From Lama guanicoe (Eukaryota), in assembly GCA_013239625.1 (NCBI GenBank), contig MU053934.1, positions 713,285 to 777,284 of the forward strand: a stretch of 64,000 bases of DNA, in the 5' to 3' direction. This document shows positions 49,381 through 61,229 of the stretch, piece by piece. How positions within the stretch are numbered: position 1 is the stretch's first letter; every line of letters starts with the position of its first letter. Below the pieces are notes generated by a model. That model ran no database searches, was not told the DNA's origin, and saw only the letters and a list, made by a program, of their open reading frames with translations. A program made the translations under genes and the position numbers.

Positions 49381-49817
49381 TTGGCTGCCATAACAAATTA
49401 CTACAAGTCTGGGGACTAAAACAGGAATTTATTATCTCACAGTTTGGGAGGCCAGAAGACTCCAGTCAAGGTGTTGGCAGAGCTGAGCTCTCTGTGAAGA
49501 ATCTAGTGGAGAATCCGTCCTTGCCTTTGCCAGCATCCTGTGATCCTGGGTGCTCCTTGCCTTGAGGAAGCTGAACTCTGATCTCTGACTCCACCTTTAT
49601 CTCTGACTCCTCCTCTGAGTCTCTGTTTCATAAATCTTTCTCTCCTTTCTCTTATAAGGGTACTTGGTCATTGGGTTTAGGGCCCACCCTGAATCCAGGA
49701 TAGCAGCATCTCAAGGTCTTTAGCCTAACCACGTCTGCAAAGACCCTATTTCCATATGAGGAACCACAGACAAGGACTTTGATGTGTTATCTGGGGGCCA
49801 CCATTCAACCCGCTGCA
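49381..49817 (-). mobile_element. MaLR LTR (MLT1B/C-like)
   Basis: ggctgccataacaaattactac...ctcacagtttgggaggccagaag...tttagggcccaccctgaatccagga...accattcaacccgctgca. Confidence 0.85.
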
Positions 49818-49926
49818 ATCACCAGCTCCCTAGATAATCTACCCCCTCACTAAAATGGGATACCCAAGGGTTAGCACTGGGCTGATAGAAAATTCTGCAT
49901 TCACAGGGCAGTGGCTTCAGTCCTAG

Positions 49927-50365
49927 GATATTAGTTTCCTCTTGCTGCAGTAACAAGTTAACACAACTTAGTGGTTTAAACAACACAACTTTATTATCTT
50001 TCGATTCTGTGGGTCAGAAGCCTGATACAGTTTCACTGGGCTGAAGTCAAGATGCCAGCAGGTCTGGGCTCCTCCTGAGAGCTTGAGCAGAGAGTCCAGT
50101 CCCTGGTCTCTTCCAGCTCCTAGAAGCCTCCTTGGCTCATGATCCCTTCATCCGGGTTCAGTGTCGGCAGCACAACATTACAGCTCTCTCTGACTCTGAC
50201 CTCCACCTCCTCTAAGGGTCCCCTGATGACAAGGCCTATAGGGAGCATCCAGGATGACCTCGTCTCTGCCAAGTTCCTTTTGCCGCGTAAGGTAACGTGT
50301 CCGCAGGCTCTGGGGATTAGGACGTGGACATCTTTGTTGGGGGATGGGGCTCTGCTCTTTCTGTG
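49927..50365 (-). mobile_element. MaLR LTR (MLT1D-like)
   Basis: attagtttcctcttgctgcagtaacaa...cttagtggtttaaacaacac...caggctctggggattaggacgtggacatcttt. Confidence 0.85.
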
Positions 50366-51585
50366 ATACCTGGTGAATGTGTTTTTCACAGAGTTCTCAC
50401 TCCATGGAATGCCCTGTGCTGAGCTGGGTATGGGTGAGAGCATCTTGCTTTGCTCTGTTGATACCTTCACGATCTCCACTGGGTGCTGCTCCAGTGCCCT
50501 GCAAGACTCCTTTGTTTGTCCAGCGTCCACCCAGGTGCAGGAAGGCTGGAGCGAGGTCTAGAGCAGATTGTCACTACTCGCCAATCATCCGTCCCCCAAT
50601 TAGCTAGCCCTGGAAACTCCCTATAGTGAGTCTTTATTCCTTTAAGGCTTCGATTCTTTTAAAAGACTGTCTGAGAAAAAATGGGGAGGGGCAAAGGAGT
50701 GAAATGACTCGTTGTTACCAGTTGTTCGGACTTCAGAATGAATCCGTTTTTGATTATTTTTGTTGTTGAGGAACACAATGGACAGCACTGAGAAGGGAGT
50801 AAAAGGACTTTTCATATGTGGTTGTGCAGAAGGAACAGAACCCACCAGGCCCTGTGTTGGGAGTGGGCTTGAGTGGGGATGGACGCTACAGAAAGGGGGC
50901 TGAGAATGTGATGCCGGCAGGCTGAAGGTGAAATATCTTTTTCAAATATGGTCTCTACCCACCAGCCTGGCTCTCTGGCTTTTCTGGCTGGTATCCCAGC
51001 CCCTCTCCTTATGCTTACATAGTGTTAGTACATGGTCATCCAGTGTCTACAGTGTGTATGAATAAGATGGCTCTTCTGCAAGGCTATGCCCATCTCCATT
51101 GAAAGCCCTCCAGTGGAGACAGTGTGAACAACACCAACCACAGATCCAGGTCTCCGGAACCATATTCAAGGTGGAAGGGGTGGACCCCTGGGGAGAGGAC
51201 TCTTGGAGTCACTCCCTTATGATTACCCGGCAAAGGGACTCCACCCACCTCTCTGCACCCCTCAGGATCTTTATGTGTCTGCAGTGCTTTGTGGTACAAC
51301 CTCAGGGCTGCACTGATGGGAGCAGGGCACTCATTATTGAGCTGGTTTTGCAGAGCTAGAGTTATGGAGGGTTGAGGGCTGGGACACAAATTGGATTAAG
51401 GGCAGTATTTTCTTTCATCAGCACACAAACGAGCCATAGGCCAGTACAGACTTTCTGCTTCGACTGCATTAAACCTTAGTGTTCAGTGTCGGGTAAGCAA
51501 GGGATGCTTTTGAGGGGCCAGCAGAAAGAAGCCAACAGCGATCACTGTTTTGGCTTCAGACAGAAAAATCTGATATACTTGAGAC

Positions 51586-51959
51586 TGTATCACTTTGCTC
51601 GGGCTGCCATACCCAAATACCAGGCTGGGTGGTTTTACAAAAAAGAAGCTTACTTTCTCACTGTTCTGGAGGCTACAAGTCTAAGATGTAGGTATCAGCA
51701 GGGCTGGCTTCTCCTGGGACTGCTCTCCATAGCTTGCAGACAGCTGCCTTCTTGCCGTGTCCTCACATGGCCTTTTCTCTGTCTGCACACACTCCTGGTG
51801 TTCCTTTCTCTTCTCATAAGGACACTAACCCTTTTGGATCAGGGCCCCACCCTTATGACCTCATTTAACCTTAATTATCTCCTTAATGGCTCCATCTCCA
51901 AATACATTGGGGATTAGGGTTCAACATACTAATGGGGGGGGACAAAATTCAGTTCACAA
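51586..51959 (-). mobile_element. MaLR LTR (MLT1A/B-like)
   Basis: gggctgccatacccaaatacc...ctcactgttctggaggct...ccccacccttatgacctcatttaaccttaatta...aattcagttcacaa. Confidence 0.9.
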
Positions 51960-51964
51960 TGAAA

Positions 51965-52470
51965 ATCATGCTTCTGGGTGGAAACACCCAAGGAGAAACA
52001 GGTAACTTCTGGGAAAACATGCCCATTTGGAAAAGCAACCACTGGAGACAAATATCATTGTCCATGGAAACATATACTGTCTAGCCAAAGTGCCTACTGT
52101 GAAAAATATATATCAGGAAGAATTTTCACTTAAAATTCTCCGAAGGGAAAATACCCTCTGGGAAAAAAACTTTAATTGTGAAAATACTCACCATGGAAAC
52201 ATTCACTGGGAAAAGTATCAGTTGGAAAAAATCATTACAAAACACAGCAGGGTGGGGATAACCTCTGGAGAAATAGCTTTTCTGGGAAAAATGCCTGTTA
52301 GAAAAAAATTCACTAGAAGAAATGACCTCTCAAAAAATACGCACAGGGAAAACTATATACTGGAAAAAAACACACCTAGAATTTAAAATACCTAGAGAAA
52401 CATATCCTGAATGGGACAAATATTCACTGGGAAAATATGAATAGGAAAATTATATTCATCAGGAAAATGA
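51965..52470 (+). repeat. Highly degenerate ~15-bp tandem array (approx. ATACTCACTGGGAAA)
   Basis: Recurrent (C/T)TG(G)GAAAA units at roughly 14-18 nt spacing, strongly A-skewed. Confidence 0.7.
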
Positions 52471-52539
52471 CCTTGACTATATACCTATTGCAAAAAAACA
52501 GGAAACAGTCATTTATTTTGTGCACATCATGTTTCATGC

Positions 52540-52710
52540 ATTCTTCTAATAGTTTTAGGTCCGTTAGCTCACTTACTTCTCATAAAAGCTCTATGAGGTG
52601 GGTACTATTCGATGCCCATTTTATATGTGAGGAAACTGAGGCACAGAGAGATAAGTAACTTGCCCAAAGTTCACAGGGAGTAGATGACAGCCCCCAGCTT
52701 TGAACTCAGG
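52540..52710 (-). mobile_element. MIR SINE
   Basis: ctatgaggtgggtactatt...cccattttatatgtgaggaaactgaggcacagagagataagtaacttgcccaaag. Confidence 0.85.
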
Positions 52711-53545
52711 CATTGATCCATTCATTCATTTATTGAGCACCTACCACATTGTGTTAGGCAATGGAGTCTATCACCGAATGAAACTTAAATCTCAAGTTTT
52801 AAGAAATTAATGTGGGAGACAGATTCGTAAGTGGACAATGAAATTATAGTGAAATGAGCCTTTATATATTCACGTCCACCTTGAAAACCGAAGTCAAATG
52901 TCTCCACTAGCTCCTTTGTGTGCTTACAAAGGAAGCAACTGTCCTGGCTGCAGTAAGCCCCAGCTTCCCTGGGAATGACAGCCACTGGGGAAACTTCAAC
53001 ACCCAGGAGAATACTCGTTGGGAAAACACACTCCCGCAGGAAAGTTGAACAAAACACGCAGCTCTGGTGTGTACTTGTTTGGAACTTAGTCTGGTCTCTC
53101 CACTGTCCAGTCCGGGTCTGCCCTTGACCACATGAGCACGGCTGAGATGGCCAAGGCATGCTGGCTAGGAATGCAGAATGGGCTACAGGAGCCTTGCTGC
53201 AGGCTGGGGGGGGGGGGCTGGGATGGCCCCTGGTGGAAGTTCTGAGTTCTCTTGATTTTTAAAAACCTTTCCTTGCATGTGGTCTAACCCCACCAATGTG
53301 CTAGCGCCACGAGTTCAGGTCCTGCCTGTGTAGTTCATCTCAGCGTCCCCAATGCTTCGAAAAGTCTGTGCTCAGTGAGTAAACATTTCCAAAAGAAGGA
53401 AGTTTGGCCATTGCATGGCAAGATACTAACTGCATGGATGCAGGAGTCAGATGACCTCGTTTAAATCTTGGTGTTGCCGTTTCCTGGCTGTGCTGCCTTG
53501 GCTCAGTTACTTGCTAACTCTGAGCCTCACTTTCCTCCTACAGTT

Positions 53546-53992
53546 TGTTAACCAAAATTTCAGAAATGGAGACCTGATGGAAGTAAAGAGGTGTTTATTT
53601 GAGCTTAGCTAGGACTGCAGCCCCCCGAAGAATAGATTAAAGAAGCACTTGAATTGTGTTTATTCTGCTTGACTACAAAATAGAGAAAGCTTATCAAGGC
53701 ATGAACCACAGTTAGTTTCATATTTATTTGCCAAGAATTATGATTGGAGTTAGCAAGAGGTAAGGGCTCTTGTAAGCAAGGATTGGCTGGGGTCTGAAGT
53801 GGTTGCCTATTTGCAAAGAGAGTTCCTTGAGACCACAAGGTTGCAGCTAGCAGATATTCTGAAAATGGCTGATGGTGCCCTTGGCTATGGTATAGGTCAG
53901 AAAGGTCAGGTTCTCAGTGGTGCAGGGACGTGTCTGAGACCAGATCCTCAATGGCTGCCCGCCTGAACTGTGATTACTCCATTACGGTTTCA
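53546..53992 (-). mobile_element. ERV1-like solo LTR inserted in a MIR
   Basis: TG...CA ends; antisense polyA signal (tttatt) near the left end; two gattgg (CCAAT) boxes; MIR sequence on both flanks. Confidence 0.65.
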
Positions 53993-54775
53993 ATCTGCCA
54001 TCAGGTTACTGGGAGGAGTTGATGATATAATGCCTATCGAGTGCTCAGTGTAATGCCTGCCTCATGGTAGATGGTCAGAAATCATCAGGACTGGTCCCTC
54101 CCTTCATGAAGTGTATAGTCAGGTGAGTCACCGCCTAGACACCCTTCTGCCTCCAAAAATTCCAACTTGGAGGCAGGGACCCAGAGAGGACTGATGACTT
54201 AAGCCCAGAATTTGCAACTCAGGTTTTCTTTCTCCTCAGTCTTATCTAGAGAACGTGTGTACTGTAGGGTTCCATCTGCTTCTATAATAAAACATAAATT
54301 ATTAAAACCATAAAATATTGATGAACTGTTTTATAAAACAGAGGGACTTTAATGTATTGATTATGAATCGAGAAAGCCTTAATGAGCTTCAGGAGGAGAA
54401 ATAATTGGGAAATGATAGTGGGTTGATTTCCTCCTGTGCCTCTGAATGAGAAGCAGTTACGAGACTAAGTTCCCTCTGTCCCATTTTGCGTCGCTGTCAC
54501 CTAGCATTTTTGCCACGGTAGCTTTAAAACCTACACTTCCACAGGCATTAATTCCACCCCAACCTGCAAAGAGAAAGAGAAGGAGGTGGGGAAACCTTCT
54601 TGTCAAAAAAGCAGCGAAGCATTCTGGTTGGAAACTTACTGGCTTTTGTGTATCTCCCTGGGTGGTTTCCATAGACTCTGGAAAACTGGCCCACAGAGGG
54701 GAAGTACCTTGTCCAGGATCTCCCAGTTCACTGGGGTCAGGACTTGGCCTGGCACCCAGGTCCCCTGAGCCTCGT

Positions 54776-54879
54776 GCTGGTGATTTTGCTATTTCTACAT
54801 CCAAAGAGGGACTTTTGGATGTCAAGAGCTGGTGATTTTGCTATTTCTGCATCCAAAGAGGGACTTTTGGATGTCAAGT
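54776..54879 (+). repeat. 52-bp tandem duplication
   Basis: 54776-54827 and 54828-54879 differ at two positions. Confidence 0.95.
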
Positions 54880-55823
54880 GCTGTTCAAATGTGGAGCAGG
54901 CTTTGGGGGGTTAGTCTTGGCGGATAGTGAGACCTCCGTCACTGGCAGTATGGAAGAGAGGCTGGGTAACCTCTGGACCTCAAGTAAGGGGATCTGAAAT
55001 TCTGTGGAGTGATGTGGTTGCTCCCTCAGTCATCCACACTGGCCTGCTGATCTTCAAAATCTCCCAGGTTAAGTCTCAGGCTGGCAGCTTTAGATCCAAT
55101 CCAGCTGCATCTTGCTGATTCTCAGGCACGTTAAGGAAGGGGAGGAGTCTGCTGTCACTTACTGCTCAAGCAGTACAGATGTTATATGAGACCGGAAAGA
55201 TAAGTGTCATACCGAGGAGGGACCAAGGCTCAGGGAAGTCAGTGGAACTACCCAGGTTCACGCAGCCCATCGGTGGCAAAATCCAGGGCTAGAGCCATTG
55301 TCTTTGGAGAACTGGCCTACCGTTCCTGTGTAAATACCACGCTGCCTTTTCATTATGTGTGGGGTTAAGACTTATTCACATGGTATGATCAGAAAGTAAG
55401 GTCGCATCCGCGATTGGATTTTCACTGTGCCCTCTGAACATTTTCAGTGAAGGGCTGAGTGAGGCTGGCTTTCTTGACACCAGAGCCCACTGTGCGGGTA
55501 ATCATGATGTGTGTGCAGTGAGACCAGCTGAGGTGAGGGGTTGGTTGCTACCTCATTTTACCTCCACTTATGTTAGGTCTGATTCTTGCCAGGAAATTCA
55601 GTAGGAAGGATGCTAAAATACTAGCAGCAAATATTTATTGAGCACTTTCTTTGTGCCAGGCAACTATGCCAAGTGTTTAATACCGTTCGCTCATTTTTTT
55701 TTCACAGCCATCTTTGAAGCAGCAACTGTAATCAGCCCATTTTACAGATGAAGGCACTGAAGTACCGAGTTAGTGAAGCCAGGATTTGAGCCCAGTGAGA
55801 TGGACTTGAGAGTCTATACTCTT

Positions 55824-56610
55824 TCTTTAAAAAAAACTGAGATATAATTGACATGTAATATTGTGTAAGTTTAAGAGGTACATTGTATGGATTTGATGCA
55901 CTTATATTGCAATATGATTGGCATTGTAGAGTTAGTTAACGCCTCCATCACATCACATAATTATCCTTTCTTCTGGCAGTGGGAACAATTAAGATCTATT
56001 CTCTTGGCAAATCTAATGTTTATAATACAGATTTGTTGTCTCTAATCACTTTGCTGTGCAGTAGGTCTCAGGCTGTTATTTATCACTAGTTGCAAATATG
56101 CAGCTTAAACAACACCTTTCCTGTTTCCCCAGCCCACAGCTCCTGGTGACCATCATTTCACTGTCTGTTTTTGTGAGTTTGTTCTTTTTAGAGTCCAGGT
56201 AAAAGGGCTGTGATACAGTATTTGTCTTTCTCGATCTGATTTATCCCACTCAGCATGATGTCTTCAGGGTCCATCCATGTCATCACAGATGGCAGGATGT
56301 CCTTCTTTCTCATGGCTGAGTAGTATTCCATTGTGTATATATATGACATCTTCTTTATCCATTCGTCTGTTGATGGGCACTTAAGTTGTTCCCATATCTT
56401 GGCTACTGAGAATAATGCTGTAGTAAATGTAGGCTTGCAGATATCTCTTCAATAACGTGTTTTCATTTCCTTTGGGTATATATCCAGAAGTGGGATTGGC
56501 TGGGTCGTGTGGTAGTTCTATTTTTAATTTTTTGAGGAACCTTCATATTCTTCTCCATAGTGGCTGAGCCAATTTACAGTCCCACCAGCAGTGCACGATG
56601 GTTCCCTTTT
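55824..56610 (-). mobile_element. L1MA-like (L1MA8/9) 3' end with ORF2 terminus
   Basis: gagatataattgacat...gtccatccatgtcatcacagatggcaggat...ttttttgaggaacc. TSD GAGTCTATACTCTT (55810-55823) / GAGCCTAGACTCTT (56614-56627); interrupts a MIR. Confidence 0.9.
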
Positions 56611-56939
56611 AGGGAGCCTAGACTCTTAAGTGGACATTAATTTACAGGCACCTGTCTTCTTGTTTTGACTCACACTGCTTCACTTCCTACACTTGACCTC
56701 TCGTTTCCTTTTGAAGCTACTACTTCTCTTGGTCTCAACTCTGACCACTTCTTCTTGGCCTCTTTCACTGACCCTCTTCTCAGCTGCCAGCCCCTTGTGG
56801 TTCTCAGCACTCCCCCCGGCCCTGGTTCTTCCCACCAGACGTGTTCTCCTTGGGTAGTCTCAGCTGATTGCGTGGATTTTACATTCCCGGCTGTTTGCTG
56901 TTGGACTCTGACTCCCAAACTGTCCTGCCAGCCCTGAAC

Positions 56940-58330
56940 TTTTCCTTGTATCAGGAGAATGCTGGTCACATAAAATGAGTTGAGAAGTGTTTCCTCTACT
57001 TATATTTGCTTTAAAAGACTACATGGAATTTGTGTTACGTAGTCCTTAAATTTTGGGGAGAATTTGTAGAGGTGCTGTTTTGGGTATGGAGATTTCCTTT
57101 TTGAAAAGTTTAACTCTGAATTCAATTTATTTAACCGCTTTAAGTCTGTTCAGGTTATTTATTTCACCTTGGATGAATCTGAGAAGTTTGTGACTTTTTA
57201 AAGAATGGGTCCATTTCTTTCAGTTTGTCAAGTTCATGGTGTCAAGTTGTTCATAACATTCTTTTTTATCCTTTTAATATCTAGAGAGTCTGCAGTGATA
57301 CTTTATTTTTTATTTCCAATACTGGTAGCTTGTGTCTTTTATAGTCAGTCTCATTAGAAGTTTATCAGTTTTTTTTTTCATCTTTTCAAAACAGTTTTTG
57401 GTTTCATTGATTTTCTCTTTCCATTTTATTGATTTGCTCTTTACTGTTTTCTTTCTTCTGATTGATTTGGGTTTATCTTGCTCTTGTTTATTCCCCCCTA
57501 GTTTCTTAAAGTAGAAACTTAGATTATTGACTTTAGACTTTTCTTCTTTTCCAACACAGGTATTTCACACTATAAATTTTCCTTTATGCACTGCGTTAGC
57601 TGCAGCTGACAAATGTAGTATGTTGTATTTTTATTCGGTTTAGTGTATGCTTTCCCTGAGACTTCCTCTTTGGCCCATTGATTAATTAGAAATCTGTTGT
57701 TAGTAAAGAACTGTATTGGGGTTTCCCAGACTTTCTATTATTGTATAATTCAGAACACATCCTGACATATCCTGTATAATTTCAGTTCTTTTAAGATTGT
57801 TTAGGTTTGTCTTATGGCTTAGAATGTTGCCCATGTTGGTAATTATCCCATGTGCACGTGAAGAAAATAATCTAATTAATCTTTTTCTCTCTATTCTTCA
57901 AATTGGATGATTTCTATTAATAATACCTTCAAGTTCACTAAATACTTCCTCCGTCATCTCCAATCTGCAATTTATTCCAATGCGTGTTTTTTGAATTTCA
58001 GTTTTTCTGTTTTTCAGTTTCCATTTGATTCTTTGATACATCTTTTATTTCTTTAATAAGACTTTCCATTTTTCCATTTGTTTCAAGATTGTTGACAGTT
58101 GCTTATTTGAGCATTTGTACAATGATTGTTTTAAAGCCTCTGTCAGATAAATCCAATATCTGTGGCCTCTTTTAACTGTTTTTCCCCCAAAGAAGCTCAA
58201 AGCTTTCTGGTTATTGGTATGCTGAGTAATTTTGGATTAGATCCTGAACATTTTGAGTGGTCTGTTCTGCAACTCTGGGCCCTGTAGAACATTTTTGTCC
58301 CAGCAGGAAACCAGTCTGGCTAGATTCAGG
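56940..58330 (-). mobile_element. Old L1M internal fragments (decayed ORF2/ORF1 region)
   Basis: T-rich antisense L1 motifs: aatgctggtcacataaaatgagttgagaagtgtt, tttggtttcattgattttctct, ctataaattttcct, cttcaagttcact. Confidence 0.75.
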
Positions 58331-58739
58331 TGGAAAGTTCCAACCCCCCTTCTGTGGTCTCTGATTCCAATATCAAGTGTTTCTAAACCTCCATAATGTT
58401 ATTTAGATCCACCCGTGTCTGCAGCCCCAAAGTGGTCAGTCTCAGTACGTACGCAGTGGTGTGTCTGTTGGTCCGGTTCTCCGTGTCAGGTATGCTGGTT
58501 AGGATGAGACCCAGGCACGTACACCTTGGGTGTGAACACAGGAATTCATAAACCACTATTTGCAGTCACTTTCCTGAGCTCCTCTGTCTCCCTTATGCTT
58601 GCTGCAGTTTTCAGTTGCCTGGGGTCCCCTTTTCTCTCTTTTGGCTAGAAAGTGGGGCTGTAGTTACTTTGCTGCACCGAGCACTTAGCTGTGTCTGTAT
58701 CCAGGGCCAAGCTTCAGGAAGACAGAGAAGGAGAGACTA

Positions 58740-58860
58740 ATATAAGATGCTAACAATAGGAGAAGCTGCATATGGGGCAAATGGGAATTCTCTGTGCTAC
58801 TTTCACAACTTTCCTGTAAACCTTAAACTATTTAAAAATAAAAACATATTTTAAAAAATC
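58740..58860 (+). mobile_element. Short old L1 (L1MC/MD-like) 3' end
   Basis: aagatgctaacaataggagaagctg...atgggaattctctgtgctac...aactttcctgtaaaccttaaactatttaaaaataaaa. Confidence 0.75.
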
Positions 58861-59339
58861 ATCAATATTTGCACCCCTTTCTTGGGATCGCAATTGCCCA
58901 AATCAAAGAGCCAGATCCCCTGACTCAGAGTTTTGGCCCCCGTGGACTCCCACAGGGGACTCTGCCACTGGCATCACGGTACGGTACGTGTGGGACCTGG
59001 GGATGTGAGAAGAGAGAGGAGGAGAAAGCGAGTGTTCCCGTATTGCCCTTGCGTAGCTAGCAGCTGGCGTCCCTGAGCCTGGAGCCTCAACCAGAAGCTG
59101 CTTCCGGGGCTCTCTCTGTTCCTGCCGACGCTCACTTCCTGGCTTCAGGCTGCACTGCATTCAGGTTTCGGGACCCTGGGGGAAACGCGATGGTAAACTC
59201 ACCTCCTGTTTGGTGGTTCAGATTCTCATCTTCCCTCCTCCACCTGCTGCAGCTTACTTCTCAGAGTCCTTAAATAGCTCCTCCATGCTTTCTGCATGCA
59301 GTGAAGGAGGGTGGAGTCTTTCTTCACTTGTCTCTTTTA

Positions 59340-60160
59340 ATTTTACCTCTTTTTAAACTTTCTTATTATGAAATATAGTATTCATAAAAAAGCATAAGAG
59401 CTATATATATATATAACTATATAATAGTCAGTTTATAATTTAATATATATATTATAAATATACTAAATATAGTATAAGTGTATGTAATATTCAATTATTT
59501 ATACTCATATATATAAAATATATGTACTTATATATATATGGTCAAATGAGTACACATTGACATCTATGAAACAACCACCCAGGTTAAGAAATACATCCCT
59601 ACTGAGATCCCAAAAGCATCCCTGACGAACCGTTGCCTTCCCTGCTAGAAGTGACCATTAACTCCTGGTGCTCTGGCAGCCATTTCCATACTTACCTTTT
59701 ATTTACCATCTGTACCATAGTATGGTTTGGTTATGCCTTTTTTTGAACTTTATGTACATCAAATGTTCTGCCTGACTTTTTTCCGACAGTGTGAGCCTCG
59801 CCCATGTCGTTGTGCGTAGCTGTCGTTAATTAATTCTCGTTTCTGTGCCGTTGTGGGGACGTACAGCGATACGTTATCCATTCAAACGCTCATGAGCATT
59901 TGGGTTGTTCCTGGTTTGGCTGTTGTAACGAACAACGCCCGGTAAAGGTTTTAGACACTTCTCGGGAGCACACGAGTTCTCCGGGATACGTACCCACGAG
60001 TGGGGTGGCCAGGTCATAGGCTGTATCATCAGCTTTAATATTAACAGCAAATTGTTTTTTCGAGTGTTGTTCCAATTTACGCTCTCGCCAGCACTATGTG
60101 GGAATCTCTGTGGCTCCAGGGGGCTGTCCTTAGCCACGTTTTTTCCTGTCATGCGCGGCA
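59340..60160 (-). mobile_element. Old L1 (L1MB/ME-like) 3' end with AT-rich tract and CpG-gained segment
   Basis: aaccacccaggttaagaaata...tttgaactttat...catttgggttgttcc...gagtggggtggccaggtcatagg; degenerate (TA)n at 59402-59538. Confidence 0.75.
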
Positions 60161-61019
60161 CAAATGATGTTCCGTATACATTTGTTAAGCCATTGAACTG
60201 ACAGCTGGCTATGACTGTGTTCTGTGTGACTGAGATGAAATCCTTTTGTTCAAATTTTGAAAAGCCTTGGGTTACGCTCCACTTTCATTAGGAAGGAATT
60301 GAGGACATGTCACAACAATTATCTCCAGTGGAAAATGTGCTAAGGAAGGCTAAGAATGATTTGTGAAGGGGACCAGAGACACTTAGTCCTTTGAAGATGA
60401 AAATGGCTTATCAAAGGCCATCATCCCCTTATGTTAGAGTGTTAGGGTTGGTGGGAAGCTGTGGGCTGGGGGATGGAAGTCACACAAAAGAGAGATTATT
60501 TCAAGAACCACAGGACAGGAAAGAAAAGAATGAGGAAATTCCACGGTTGGGGACTAGCGTCTGAGTCATTTGTTGTTATGTGTCAAGAATCACAATTCAC
60601 TCCATCAACGTATTCAAGACTAGCTGGGAAGAATTCGAACCACGCAGCGTTAAACAGAGGACACCACCTGGTTTCCGGACTCCAATTTTCAGTCCTGACT
60701 TCCTCCTTGAAACTATTTTAAACTGGGAAACTTGAGAAACCTTTGAAGCTCAGGAGACAGACAGACAGTTTAATATGTAGTGATGAACTCAAGATCTTGT
60801 AAGGATGAATTAAAAATTCAGAAAACCGTTCTGAATCTGGTACAGATGAAACATTGGTATGAGAAATAAGGATATTCTAAATTAAGTGAGAATTACTGTA
60901 CAAACCCCCTGAAGAGATCAGTTTTTGAATAACAAAGTCAAATAAATTCAATGTGACAACTGGACAAAATAATGAGAGTTAAACTTTTTTTTATTACATT
61001 GATTTCCTGTGTCACCCTC

Positions 61020-61200
61020 TGTCTGGGTGCTTTATATGATTTTCTCAATTAATCCTCCCCCAAACTTTATGAGGTAGAAAATATTATCTTCATTTTTCAA
61101 ATTGGGAAACTGAGGCATAGAGAGGTTAAGTGACTTGCTGAAAATCACACAGTCACAGTTGCAGGTGGGAACCAAATAGATAAAGTGACCCTTGAGCCTA
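61020..61200 (-). mobile_element. MIR SINE
   Basis: aatcctc...tatgaggtag...gggaaactgaggcatagagaggttaagtgacttgc. Confidence 0.85.
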
Positions 61201-61229
61201 CCCTCTGGTTTTGCTGAGGTTGTTCTTGT

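Noticed and set aside
50770..50790. REST/NRSE-like ggacagcac
   Set aside because: Only the right half-site matches; the left half lacks CAGCACC.
52027..52386. 119-aa K/E/N-rich ORF
   Set aside because: By-product of the A-rich degenerate array; no splice signals or family resemblance that I can support.
60720..60960. Possible L3/CR1 LINE relic (also about 14590-14660)
   Set aside because: Resemblance is too weak to call without an HMM search.
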